A stretch of DNA of 62,830 nucleotides from Candidatus Omnitrophota bacterium (GCA_015233115.1 JADFYJ010000004.1:1-62830), one strand, 5' to 3'; counted from the first letter of the stretch, positions 44,434 to 53,367 are shown. Made by a program: numbers and translations. The notes: generated by a model not told the origin, from the letters alone.

Positions 44434-45126
44434 ATGAAAAAAAATAAGATCTTAATCGTCGAAGATGAAGTGAATATTAACCGCTTGATTCAATATAATT
44501 TGGAAAAAGCGGGGTATTTTGTTTTGTCTTCTGAAAACGGCGCTGGAGCTTTAAAAATTTTAGCTTCTGAGGCCGTTGATCTTATTATGTTAGACGTTAT
44601 GCTCCCGGATATCGATGGGTTTGAGGTGTGTAAAGCCATAAAAAAAGAATCTCGTCTTGCGACTATTCCCATCATTTTTTTGACCGCGCGCGGTGAAGAG
44701 ATCGATCGAATTGTCGGTTTGGAATTAGGAGCGGAAGATTACATTGTCAAACCTTTTAGCCCCCGTGAGCTGATATTACGGGTCAAGACGGTTCTAAAAC
44801 GCGGCCAGCCGGAAGAGGAAGAAAAAGAAATCATGGCTGTGGGTGATCTGAAAGTTGATATTGGGCGGCACAAAGTTTTTGTGGGAAAGGAAGAAGTAGA
44901 ATTAACCTCCATGGAATTCAATTTGCTATTGACTTTGCTCAAACGCCGCGGTCGGGTTCAGTCACGGGATCGTTTATTAAATGATGTTTGGGATATGAAT
45001 TCCGAAGTAACTACCCGTACTGTCGATACCCATATTAAATGCTTACGTAAAAAATTAGGAAGCATGGGCGAATTGATTGAAACCGTACGTGGAGTAGGTT
45101 ATCGGTTAAGTGAAGATGACACTTAA
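44434..45126 (+). CDS. phoB: OmpR/PhoB-family response regulator
   Basis: Receiver domain (ILIVEDE, LDVMLPDIDG, KPF) plus a winged-helix output domain (LTSMEFNLLLTL...VRGVGYRL). Part of a Pho gene context. Confidence 0.85.
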   Translation: MKKNKILIVEDEVNINRLIQYNLEKAGYFVLSSENGAGALKILASEAVDLIMLDVMLPDIDGFEVCKAIKKESRLATIPIIFLTARGEEIDRIVGLELGAEDYIVKPFSPRELILRVKTVLKRGQPEEEEKEIMAVGDLKVDIGRHKVFVGKEEVELTSMEFNLLLTLLKRRGRVQSRDRLLNDVWDMNSEVTTRTVDTHIKCLRKKLGSMGELIETVRGVGYRLSEDDT

Positions 45127-46543
45127 GGAGCATTCATTGAAGTTTTATTCCTATCTTAAAATCACCTGTTTTGTTTTTCTCGCCTTTTTGATTTTTATTT
45201 TTTCTTTTGATTTAGGCCTTCAGTATATTTATCAATACAATAATTTACAAGTCAATATTGGCTATATGCTGATCTGGTCAGTTTTGTTAGCTTTTGTATT
45301 AAGCGCGTTAATCGGTTTTGCCGCGTTTCTTTTAATTACCCGTCCGGTGGAATGGTTGACGCAGGTCATTAAATCTGTTACCGCCAATGAATTTGATAAG
45401 AAAATATTTTTACGCAGTAATGATGAATTGCAGGCCCTAGCTGAGGCGGCCGATGAATTAGCCGGCAAGATTAAATATTCCGTCCATTCCGAGGCAGTGG
45501 AACGCTCCCGGCTCGAAGCGGTGTTTTTAAACATGTTTGAAGGCGTGATGATCGTTGATCAGGATGGCTTAGTCGTGTTGATGAATCAAAAATTAAAAGA
45601 ACTCATTAACGTGCGTGAGGATTTTAAGAACCGCAGTTCCATTGAAGTCGTCCGTAATAGTGAGATACAGGAATTAATTTCAAACGCGTTAAAAACCGGA
45701 CAAGGGGTGGAAACCAAAGAATTGAAAATTTTATTTCCGCTTCATGAAAAAATACTTTTGGTCAGCGCGGCTCCGGTTTATTGGGGACAGCAAATACAAG
45801 GTGTAGTTCTGGTATTTCATGATATTTCTGAAGTCCGCAAGCTGGAAAAAGTGAGAAGGGATTTTGTCGCCAATGTGTCGCATGAATTGCGGACACCGAT
45901 CGCGAATATTCATGGCTACGCGGAAACCTTGCTCGACGGGGCCATCAATGATCCAAAACATAACCGGGAATTTTTAAATGTGATTTATCATGATTCCGGC
46001 CGTTTATCCAAACTGGTTGCGGATCTATTGAATCTTTCTCGGATTGAATCCGGAAAATGGGAAATGAATATTAAGGAATGTTCGATCCATAAAATTATTG
46101 ACCGTGTTTTAGCTTCGCTCCGTCCGGTTATTCAGCAGAAAGGGGCGAAAGTGCAAGTTAATATTTCTGAACAACTTCCAACCGTAAAAGTGGATGAGGT
46201 CGGTTTAGAACAAGTATTATTTAATATCACAGAAAATGCATTGAAGTATGGCCAGCCGGATGGTTTAGTTAAAATTGATGTAACAGACGCGGCTCAAAAT
46301 TTTTGTATTAAGATTACTGATAACGGCATGGGCATTTCCCGTGAAGACCAGCCCCGTATTTTTGAACGTTTTTACCGTGTAGACAAAGCGCGCTCCCTCC
46401 ATGAAGGCGGAACCGGCCTTGGCCTTGCCATTGTTAAACATATCGTCGAGCTTATGCACGGCCGCATTCAGGTGGAAAGCGAATTAGGCCAAGGTTCGTC
46501 ATTTTTCATTGAACTTCCCCGAATAAGAGGAAAAATTTTATAA
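45110..46543 (+). CDS. phoR: PhoR-type sensor histidine kinase (TM-HAMP-PAS-HisKA-HATPase)
   Basis: H-box FVANVSHELRTP, N-box NITENALKY, G-boxes DNGMGI and GGTGLGLAIV. The start is uncertain: GTG 45110, ATG 45116, or TTG 45137 after AAGGAG. Confidence 0.8.
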   Translation: MKMTLKEHSLKFYSYLKITCFVFLAFLIFIFSFDLGLQYIYQYNNLQVNIGYMLIWSVLLAFVLSALIGFAAFLLITRPVEWLTQVIKSVTANEFDKKIFLRSNDELQALAEAADELAGKIKYSVHSEAVERSRLEAVFLNMFEGVMIVDQDGLVVLMNQKLKELINVREDFKNRSSIEVVRNSEIQELISNALKTGQGVETKELKILFPLHEKILLVSAAPVYWGQQIQGVVLVFHDISEVRKLEKVRRDFVANVSHELRTPIANIHGYAETLLDGAINDPKHNREFLNVIYHDSGRLSKLVADLLNLSRIESGKWEMNIKECSIHKIIDRVLASLRPVIQQKGAKVQVNISEQLPTVKVDEVGLEQVLFNITENALKYGQPDGLVKIDVTDAAQNFCIKITDNGMGISREDQPRIFERFYRVDKARSLHEGGTGLGLAIVKHIVELMHGRIQVESELGQGSSFFIELPRIRGKIL

Positions 46544-46661
46544 TTTTCCGAGCTTTATTTTTTCTGCATCTTTTTCCCGACGGATTTACCTTGAGAAGTA
46601 TACCCATTATTTTTTACATTATGTATTGAAATTAACTATTAAATAAACTATACTTCATAAT

Positions 46662-47450
46662 ATGAATACTCAAATTTATACGTCATTTCAAATCAGGGAA
46701 GTTTTTCATTTGGAATTCCTCCGTTGGTTTAGCCGGAAGATGACCTCCGCGCAGTATGTGTTAAAAGGGGGCGTGAACTTAAGGCTTTTTTTTAAAAGTA
46801 TCCGTTATTCCGAAGATATGGATATTGACGTGAGTCGAGTAAGCGTTGAAAAACTTAAAATAGTCACTTTGGATATTTTAATGAGCCGTGGTTTTTCTGA
46901 TAGCCTTAGATCGTTTGGGATTGAGAAAATTGTACCACCTGATATTGCAAAAGCCAAGCAGACCGATACGACGCAACGGTTTAAAGTTCATGTTTTTACA
47001 ACAGCAGGCCAGGATCTTTTTACAAAGATAGAATTTTCTAGACGCGGGCTCAAAGGCAAGCTTGTTGTTGAGCCAGTAGATATTCAGATTTTGCGTTCTT
47101 ACAAAATGGCGCCTTTATTGGTCCCGCATTATGATACTCCGTCGGCTGTTCTACAAAAAATTCAGGCATTGGCGCAGAGAACAGTGGTACAGGCGAGGGA
47201 CATTTTCGATTTGTTCCTTTTAAATTCTCAACTTGATCTAGCTGAATATAAAATGGCGATGAGTGAACCAGATATTCTTACAATAGCCATGGACAATGTT
47301 TTTTTAGTGGATTTTCCGCAATTTCGGGATTCTGTTGTTGCCTATCTTCAACTGGAAGATCAAAAGACCTATGCTTCACCTATGGTATGGGATGAAATTA
47401 AATTAAAGGTATCTCATTTTTTAGAGGAGATAAGAGATGCGGCCGCCTAA
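46662..47450 (+). CDS. AbiEii/AbiGii-family nucleotidyltransferase toxin (type IV TA)
   Basis: LKGGVNLRLFFKSIRYSEDMDIDV nucleotidyltransferase pattern. 262 aa. Confidence 0.7.
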   Translation: MNTQIYTSFQIREVFHLEFLRWFSRKMTSAQYVLKGGVNLRLFFKSIRYSEDMDIDVSRVSVEKLKIVTLDILMSRGFSDSLRSFGIEKIVPPDIAKAKQTDTTQRFKVHVFTTAGQDLFTKIEFSRRGLKGKLVVEPVDIQILRSYKMAPLLVPHYDTPSAVLQKIQALAQRTVVQARDIFDLFLLNSQLDLAEYKMAMSEPDILTIAMDNVFLVDFPQFRDSVVAYLQLEDQKTYASPMVWDEIKLKVSHFLEEIRDAAA

Positions 47451-48069
47451 TCCAACGCGTATCATGGTTTTTATCAGGAAGTTTGGCCGTCCGGTATTTA
47501 CGACTCATGAGTTAACAGCGATTTCTGGCCGTTCTTCGTCAACGGTCATTCAATGTCTCAACCGCCTGACACAGCAAGGCTTGCTCATCAAATTATATCG
47601 TGGAGTCTGGGCAGATCCCGGATTGCATGGGGTTTCGCCGTTTGATATTATTCCCTATTTATTTCCGCGGCAACGGGTTTATGTTTCGTTTATCACTGCC
47701 CTTCATTTGCACGGGATCGTGGAACAGATCCCGCAAGTGATAACACTGGTATCTTTATCACACTCAAGGGTTATCCATGCCAGGACGGGAGTCTATTCAG
47801 TGCATCAGATCGCGCCCGTCCTTTTTGACGGATTTGATTGGTATAAAGGGGAAGGCAGTTTTCTTATTGCGGAGCCGGAGAAGGCGTTAATCGATAGTTT
47901 GTACATGTCGAGCCGAAAAAAGAAGCAATTCGGTCATTTTCCAGAATTGCATTTTCAGCCGACATTTAGTTTTAAGAAAGCCGCTGAATGGGTCAATCAC
48001 ATCCCTGAGCCTAATATCCGCCTTTATGTTTTAAATAAATTGGAAATATTGAGAAAAAATTTTATATAA
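47437..48069 (+). CDS. AbiEi-family antitoxin/transcriptional regulator
   Basis: N-terminal wHTH (FTTHELTAISGRSSSTVIQCLNRLTQQGLLIKLYRGVWA) and C-terminal AEPEKALIDSLY pattern. 14-nt overlap with the toxin gene. Confidence 0.6.
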   Translation: MRPPNPTRIMVFIRKFGRPVFTTHELTAISGRSSSTVIQCLNRLTQQGLLIKLYRGVWADPGLHGVSPFDIIPYLFPRQRVYVSFITALHLHGIVEQIPQVITLVSLSHSRVIHARTGVYSVHQIAPVLFDGFDWYKGEGSFLIAEPEKALIDSLYMSSRKKKQFGHFPELHFQPTFSFKKAAEWVNHIPEPNIRLYVLNKLEILRKNFI

Positions 48070-48083
48070 AAATTTTTTCGCTA

Positions 48084-48123
48084 TTTTACATTCTTTTCAC
48101 AAAACCCACCTCATTTGTTCATT
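48084..48123 (+). promoter_or_regulatory. Pho-box-like direct repeats upstream of the porin gene
   Basis: TTTTACA(48084)-N4-TTTCACA(48095)-N15-GTTCATT(48117), with 11-bp phasing. TATATT at 48133. Confidence 0.5.
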
Positions 48124-48178
48124 TTTATCCCGTATATTTGTGTTGACATATATCAACCATATATAACAGGAGGTAAAG

Positions 48179-49483
48179 ATGCGGAAAAAAATTGGGGTAA
48201 TCATGGCCATGTTCCTATGCTTTTTAGCAATATATAAAGCAGAAGCCGGGGAAATTGACCTTTTGGTCAATAAATTAGTAGAAAAGGGAGTTTTGAATCC
48301 GACTGAGGCTCAAATTTTAGTCGATGAAACTCAGGCGGATGTGGCGAAACAAAACGCGCAAGGGATTAATACCAGCTTGCCGTCGTGGGTTCAGAATCTG
48401 CAGTTAAAAGGGGATGCCCGGGTCAGATATCAGTGGCAAAAAAAAGATACAGATTCAACCAGCCGCAACCGGGGCCGTGTCCGTTTTCGTTTAGGTTTGG
48501 CAGACCAAATTAATAGTAAATGGTTAATGGAAGCAGGGATGGCAACCGGTGAATCACGGTCCAGTAACCTAACCGGGAATGATCCCCGTTCGACCAACGC
48601 GTCTTTCTTAAACTTTTTTGAACGTCCGGAAATCCGGCTGGATTACGCGGATATTAAATATAAACCTAATTCTAATTTTAGTCTTGTCGCCGGTAAATTT
48701 GTGCCGACTGACTATTTGTACAAAACTTCGGAATTGGTTTGGGACGATGACATTAATCCGGCTGGCGCGTCATTGGCGTATGTGCATCCGACAGGTATAG
48801 GAGACTCAGATGTGTTTTTTAATACCGGCGCGTGGGTTTTAGACGAATATCGTAATAAAGGTATTGTGAGTTCGGATAACACCAATGCGTTTGGCCAGTG
48901 GCTTCAATATGGACAATTGGGGTTAAAGGGAACTCACGGGAAGTTTGATGGTAAAGTCGCAGGAACATATTACAATTTCAATAAATTCAAAGGCCATAAT
49001 TTGGATTTTAGCGGCGGTGGTAATACCAAAGATGGAAGCAGTAATTTAGTTTATGATTACGATGCCGTCGGAGCTTCTGGAGAGTTGGGAGTTGCTAACT
49101 TATTCGGAGGCTTGCCGTTTCATATTGATGAACGGATCGGGATTTTTGGCGATTATATTCGTAATATTTCAGCGCTAGTTCCAGCTAAAAACCGTGATGG
49201 GTTTCAAGTGGGAATGATTGTGGGGAGTAAAACCGTATCTGAAAAGAAAAGTTGGAATTTCCGTTATATGTACGCGCGTTTAAAATCTGATGCGTTTCCG
49301 GATTGTTTTACGGATTCTGACCGTTACAGCGGCGCGACAAATATCTGGGCGCATAAGTTTAGCGTCAATTACGCGATAGCTAAAAATGTTATTTTAGGAT
49401 CAAATTGGTATCAATCCGACACAATCAAAGGCGTGCATAATACAGAAAATTTGTTGCAAGCCGATTTATTGGTTAAGTTTTAA
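48179..49483 (+). CDS. Outer-membrane porin, possibly phosphate-selective (OprO/P-like)
   Basis: Signal peptide, N-terminal helical segment, alternating beta-strand pattern and a C-terminal ...LLVKF. Located between phoBR and pstS behind a Pho-box-like site. Confidence 0.5.
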   Translation: MRKKIGVIMAMFLCFLAIYKAEAGEIDLLVNKLVEKGVLNPTEAQILVDETQADVAKQNAQGINTSLPSWVQNLQLKGDARVRYQWQKKDTDSTSRNRGRVRFRLGLADQINSKWLMEAGMATGESRSSNLTGNDPRSTNASFLNFFERPEIRLDYADIKYKPNSNFSLVAGKFVPTDYLYKTSELVWDDDINPAGASLAYVHPTGIGDSDVFFNTGAWVLDEYRNKGIVSSDNTNAFGQWLQYGQLGLKGTHGKFDGKVAGTYYNFNKFKGHNLDFSGGGNTKDGSSNLVYDYDAVGASGELGVANLFGGLPFHIDERIGIFGDYIRNISALVPAKNRDGFQVGMIVGSKTVSEKKSWNFRYMYARLKSDAFPDCFTDSDRYSGATNIWAHKFSVNYAIAKNVILGSNWYQSDTIKGVHNTENLLQADLLVKF

Positions 49484-49487
49484 AAGA

Positions 49488-49527
49488 TTTCACACGGATT
49501 TCACAATTGCTTTGCAAAATGTTCATT
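49488..49527 (+). promoter_or_regulatory. Pho-box-like direct repeats upstream of pstS
   Basis: TTTCACA(49488)-N4-TTTCACA(49499)-N15-GTTCATT(49521), the same spacing as the porin site. TATATA/TATAAA at 49543-49550. Confidence 0.55.
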
Positions 49528-49568
49528 GTTAAAAGGTAAAGTTATATAAACAAAAAAAGCGATTGATC

Positions 49569-49592
49569 CGGGCGATCAGGAGATCGCCCTAC
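49569..49592. repeat. REP-like palindromic element, reverse orientation
   Basis: CGGGCGATCAGGAGATCGCCCTAC. Confidence 0.8.
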
Positions 49593-49607
49593 GAACAATT
49601 TTGTAAT

Positions 49608-49707
49608 GCGACCAAGGACGAAATGTCCGCGTAGTGCTGGAAGCTCCCGCGAGCAGCGCGACCAAGGACGAAATGTCCGCGTAGTGCTGGAAGCTCCCGC
49701 GAGCAGT
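49608..49707 (+). ncRNA. Two tandem 50-nt copies of the recurring motif in the pstS leader
   Basis: GCGACCAAGGACGAAATGTCCGCGTAGTGCTGGAAGCTCCCGCGAGCAGC occurs twice (49608-49657 and 49658-49707), followed by the hairpin GCGAAAA-N7-TTTTCGC (49708-49728). Confidence 0.5.
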
Positions 49708-49732
49708 GCGAAAAAAATATGTTTTCGCTGTT

Positions 49733-49757
49733 GTAGGGGCGATCACCTGATCGCCCG
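49733..49757. repeat. REP-like palindromic element, single copy
   Basis: GTAGGGGCGATCACCTGATCGCCCG. Confidence 0.85.
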
Positions 49758-49795
49758 GAACAAAATTATTGTTTTTAAAAAAAGGAGATATTTGT

Positions 49796-50659
49796 ATGAA
49801 GAAGATTTTAAGTTTGGTGATGTTGTGTCTATTCCTCGCCGCGAATTCCTTCGCGGCAGGGATGCTTCAGGTCAAGGGTTCTGATACCTTGATAAACATG
49901 GTCCAGAAATTAGCCGAAGATTATATGCAGGCTAATCCCGGTAAAATGGTTTCTGTAACCGGTGGTGGTTCAGGTACCGGCATTTCCGCTTTGATCAACA
50001 AAAAATGCGACATTGCGGATGCGTCCCGAACCATGAGCAATACCGAGATTAAAAATGCCCTGGTTAACGGCGTAGACGCTAAACGCGTTATTATTGCTTT
50101 AGATGGCGTGGCGATTCTTGTTAACGGAGAAAACCCGGTTAAGAAATTATCTGTGGAAGAGCTCGGGAAAATATATAAAGGAGAAGTGAACAATTGGAAA
50201 CAGGTTGGCGGAAATGATACACCGATTACTTTGTATGGCCGCCAATCCAATTCAGGGACATATTCTTTTATTTTGGAAATGGTAGTCAAGGGCGAATATG
50301 CCGGTACGATGCGGCAGATGAACGGAAATTCCCAAATTGTGGAATCTGTGAAAAGCGATATAGGCGGCATTGGTTATGTGGGTGCTGGTTATTTAAAGGA
50401 AGCGACTGGTGTGAATGTCGTTGAAATGGCGAAAAAATCCGGTGAAAAATATTATCTACCTGATTCTGAAAATGTTAAAACCAGTAAATATCCATTATCT
50501 CGTCCATTAAACCAATATGTGAATGGTGTTCCGACAGGCGAGGCGAAAGAATTCATCACTTATGAATTAAGCGCGGCAGGACAAAAAGTGGTCGAGGAGC
50601 AGGGATTTTTCGCTATCACAGATGAACATAAACAATATAACAAAGCACTTGGATTATAA
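49796..50659 (+). CDS. pstS: Phosphate ABC transporter substrate-binding protein
   Basis: AGGAGA RBS, ATG 49796, signal peptide. The pattern LQVKGSDTL...TGGGSGTG...SRTM is typical of PstS-family PBPs. Confidence 0.9.
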   Translation: MKKILSLVMLCLFLAANSFAAGMLQVKGSDTLINMVQKLAEDYMQANPGKMVSVTGGGSGTGISALINKKCDIADASRTMSNTEIKNALVNGVDAKRVIIALDGVAILVNGENPVKKLSVEELGKIYKGEVNNWKQVGGNDTPITLYGRQSNSGTYSFILEMVVKGEYAGTMRQMNGNSQIVESVKSDIGGIGYVGAGYLKEATGVNVVEMAKKSGEKYYLPDSENVKTSKYPLSRPLNQYVNGVPTGEAKEFITYELSAAGQKVVEEQGFFAITDEHKQYNKALGL

Positions 50660-50666
50660 TAAGTCA

Positions 50667-50711
50667 CCCCGCATGCTTAAATCTCGGCGAGATTTAATCA
50701 AAGCTGCGGGG
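50667..50711 (+). promoter_or_regulatory. Nested hairpin between pstS and pstC
   Basis: CCCCGCA...TGCGGGG enclosing AAATCTC-GGC-GAGATTT. Confidence 0.5.
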
Positions 50712-50789
50712 TTGCTCACGTATCGGAGATTAAACAGTTTAGTCTTGGGAGTAAACCGAAATTTTCGTTAAATAACGATACAGGAGTTT

Positions 50790-51665
50790 ATGGTTCGCAA
50801 AGAAAAATTCATTGAAGGTTTTTTCTTTATTAACGGAATGGCAGTCATTATTGTGTTATTGGGCATCTTTGTCCTCTTGATAGTGAATGCCATTCCGGCA
50901 TTTAGAGACATTAGTGTTTGGGATTTCCTGACCGGAAAAGTTTGGAATCCGGAAGCGTACGGAAAACCCTCTTTTGGCATTGTGTCCATGGTGGTGAGCA
51001 CTTTGATGGTGACCGCTGGCTCGCTGATTGTCGCCATTCCCTTGGGAATTGGAACCGCCGCGTATTTAACGGATGTGGCTTCTCCCCGGGTGCGGGAAAT
51101 TGCCAAGCCGGTGGTGGAAATTTTAGCAGGCATCCCGTCTGTAGTGATTGGATTTTTAGGGATTGTTTTAGTAGGTCCTATTATCGCGAAATTGACTCAC
51201 CAGACTAGCGGCTTAAATGCGATCAATGGATCTATTTTGCTGGCGGTTATGGCTCTTCCGACGATAATCAGTTTATCAGAAGATGCTTTAAGCAGTGTTC
51301 CGAAATCTTATACCGAAGCATCATGGGCTTTAGGCGCTAATAAATGGCAAACTTTGATCACTGTAAAAATTCCTGCCGCGAGTTCTGGAATTTTAGCGGC
51401 ATGTATGTTGGGAATGGGGCGGGCGATTGGCGAAACAATGACAGTGCTGATGGCGTGCGGTAATGCCTCGGCCTTTCCGCATTCATTTATCGATCCAGTC
51501 AAGACTATGACTGCGACTATTGCTATTGAGTTAGGGGAAGTCCCGTATAATACCACGCATTATTATTCTTTATTTGCCGTCGGATTAGTGTTGTTCATCT
51601 TTACTTTTTTTGTAAATTTAGTATCAGACACATTTTTGCATAAATATGAGAAAGTGAATAGATGA
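50790..51665 (+). CDS. pstC: Phosphate ABC transporter permease PstC
   Basis: 6-TM permease. EAA-like loop SYTEASWALGANKWQTLITVKIPAA. Confidence 0.9.
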   Translation: MVRKEKFIEGFFFINGMAVIIVLLGIFVLLIVNAIPAFRDISVWDFLTGKVWNPEAYGKPSFGIVSMVVSTLMVTAGSLIVAIPLGIGTAAYLTDVASPRVREIAKPVVEILAGIPSVVIGFLGIVLVGPIIAKLTHQTSGLNAINGSILLAVMALPTIISLSEDALSSVPKSYTEASWALGANKWQTLITVKIPAASSGILAACMLGMGRAIGETMTVLMACGNASAFPHSFIDPVKTMTATIAIELGEVPYNTTHYYSLFAVGLVLFIFTFFVNLVSDTFLHKYEKVNR

Positions 51666-51670
51666 GAAAA

Positions 51671-51742
51671 GGTCAGAAGGTCAGACGTCAGAAGTCAGAA
51701 GAAAAATAAAAACCAATAACTAAAAACTAAAAACTATCAACC
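51671..51742. repeat. Word-repeat block (GGTCAGAA words, then a family C half-copy)
   Basis: GGTCAGAAGGTCAGACGTCAGAAGTCAGAAG followed by AAAAACCAATAACTAAAAACTAAAAACTATCAACC. Confidence 0.6.
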
Positions 51743-51745
51743 ATA

Positions 51746-52600
51746 ATGAAATCATCCGATATAAAACAATTTTTAGGTCTTAACGCATTACGCCTCTGCA
51801 TGGCTGTCGTGCTTTTGATTTTGTTTGTGATTTTTTATGACATCATTTCCAAAGGCGCAGGAAAGATTTCTTGGGCATTTCTGTCTCAGCCTCCCCGTAA
51901 TGGCATGACTGAGGGTGGAATATTTCCCGCGATTGTTGGAACATTTTGCGTGACTGTGATCACCGCGGTTTTCGCGATTCCGTTTGGCGTAGGCTGCGCG
52001 ATTTATTTAAACGAATATGCCAAAGATTCATGGATTACCCGGGCGATTCGTATGGCGATACGGAATTTGTCTGGAGTACCGTCTATTGTGTACGGATTAT
52101 TTGGGGTAGTTTTGTTTGTTAATATGATGCAATTCGGAACCTGCATTTTATCAGCCGGGCTGACTTTAGGATTAATGACTTTGCCCTGGACTATAACAGC
52201 TTCTGAAGAAGCTTTAAAAAGTATTCCGAACGCGTATCGGGAAGGTTCTTTGGCCCTAGGCGCGACGAAATGGCAAGCCATACGGACGAATGTTCTGCCC
52301 TATGCTGTCCCAGGTATGCTGACTGGTTCAATTTTGGGGTTGGCGCGCGCGGCAGGAGAGACAGCTCCGATTCTTTTTACCGGTGCGGCGTTTTCTCTGC
52401 CTATATTACCGTCATCGGTTAAAGATCAATTTATGGCTTTGCCATATCATTTGTATATTATGTCGACGCAACATCAAGCTATTGTCAAAGTCCGGCCGAT
52501 AGCTTATGGAACAGCGCTCGTGTTGATTGCTTTGGTGTTTTTCATGAACTTTGGCGCAGTGGTTCTGCGCTATCATTTACGTAAACAGAAAAAGGATTAA
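51746..52600 (+). CDS. pstA: Phosphate ABC transporter permease PstA
   Basis: 6-TM permease. [24 protein letters not shown] loop. Confidence 0.9.
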   Translation: MKSSDIKQFLGLNALRLCMAVVLLILFVIFYDIISKGAGKISWAFLSQPPRNGMTEGGIFPAIVGTFCVTVITAVFAIPFGVGCAIYLNEYAKDSWITRAIRMAIRNLSGVPSIVYGLFGVVLFVNMMQFGTCILSAGLTLGLMTLPWTITASEEALKSIPNAYREGSLALGATKWQAIRTNVLPYAVPGMLTGSILGLARAAGETAPILFTGAAFSLPILPSSVKDQFMALPYHLYIMSTQHQAIVKVRPIAYGTALVLIALVFFMNFGAVVLRYHLRKQKKD

Positions 52601-52602
52601 TT

Positions 52603-53364
52603 ATGGAGCAGGGTCGCAAAATGGTCGAGGTCATGAATTTTAATTTTTTTTATGGCCATGCCCAATGTCTGAAAAATATTTCTTTTGATATCGCCGCACA
52701 TCAGGTGACAAGTATTATCGGCCCGTCTGGCTGTGGGAAGTCAACATTTTTGAGATGTTTGAATCGCATGAATGATTTGATTCCCTCTGCGCGTATGGAG
52801 GGTTCAATAAAAATTGACGGTCAGGATATTAGCGCTCCGGGGTTGGATGTCGTGAGTTTACGCAAAAAAGTCGGAATGGTTTTTCAAAAACCTAATCCTT
52901 TTCCAAAATCTATTTTTGACAATGTGGCTTATGGTTTGCGCATCAATGGGACAGTCGATAAGCACATTGGCGATAAAGTGGAAGAAAGTTTAAAAAATGC
53001 TGTTTTATGGGATGAAGTTAAAAGCCGGCTTCACGAGAGTGCTTTGTCTCTTTCTGGAGGACAGCAGCAGCGTTTGTGCGTGGCCAGAGCTTTAGCGATT
53101 GCGCCGGAAATCGTTTTAATGGATGAGCCGGCCTCCGCGCTTGATCCAGTCGCGACCGCGAAATTGGAAGAATTAATTATCCGGCTTAAACAAAAATATA
53201 CCATTATCATTGTCACGCATAATATGCAGCAGGCGGCGCGTATTTCGGATATGACCGCGTTTTTTATGCAAGGCGATCTGGTCGAATTTGGATTAACCAA
53301 TCAAATTTTTACCCGTCCCAAAAAACAAATCACGGAAGAATATATAACAGGAAGGTTTGGATAA
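52603..53364 (+). CDS. pstB: Phosphate ABC transporter ATPase PstB
   Basis: Walker [10 protein letters not shown], signature LSGGQQQR, Walker [12 protein letters not shown]. Confidence 0.95.
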   Translation: MEQGRKMVEVMNFNFFYGHAQCLKNISFDIAAHQVTSIIGPSGCGKSTFLRCLNRMNDLIPSARMEGSIKIDGQDISAPGLDVVSLRKKVGMVFQKPNPFPKSIFDNVAYGLRINGTVDKHIGDKVEESLKNAVLWDEVKSRLHESALSLSGGQQQRLCVARALAIAPEIVLMDEPASALDPVATAKLEELIIRLKQKYTIIIVTHNMQQAARISDMTAFFMQGDLVEFGLTNQIFTRPKKQITEEYITGRFG

Positions 53365-53367
53365 TCT

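Noticed and set aside
29446-49757. CRISPR array hypothesis for the GGGCGATC...GATCGCCC repeats
   Set aside because: The copies are dispersed over 20 kb between genes, occur in both orientations with irregular spacing, and are themselves palindromes. There are no regularly sized unique spacers and no cas genes.
49606-49884. 92-aa + strand ORF (MRPRTKCPRSAGSSREQRDQ...)
   Set aside because: It is generated by reading through the tandem 50-nt motif copies, a hairpin and a REP element, and then into the pstS signal-peptide region out of frame. It is not a plausible protein.
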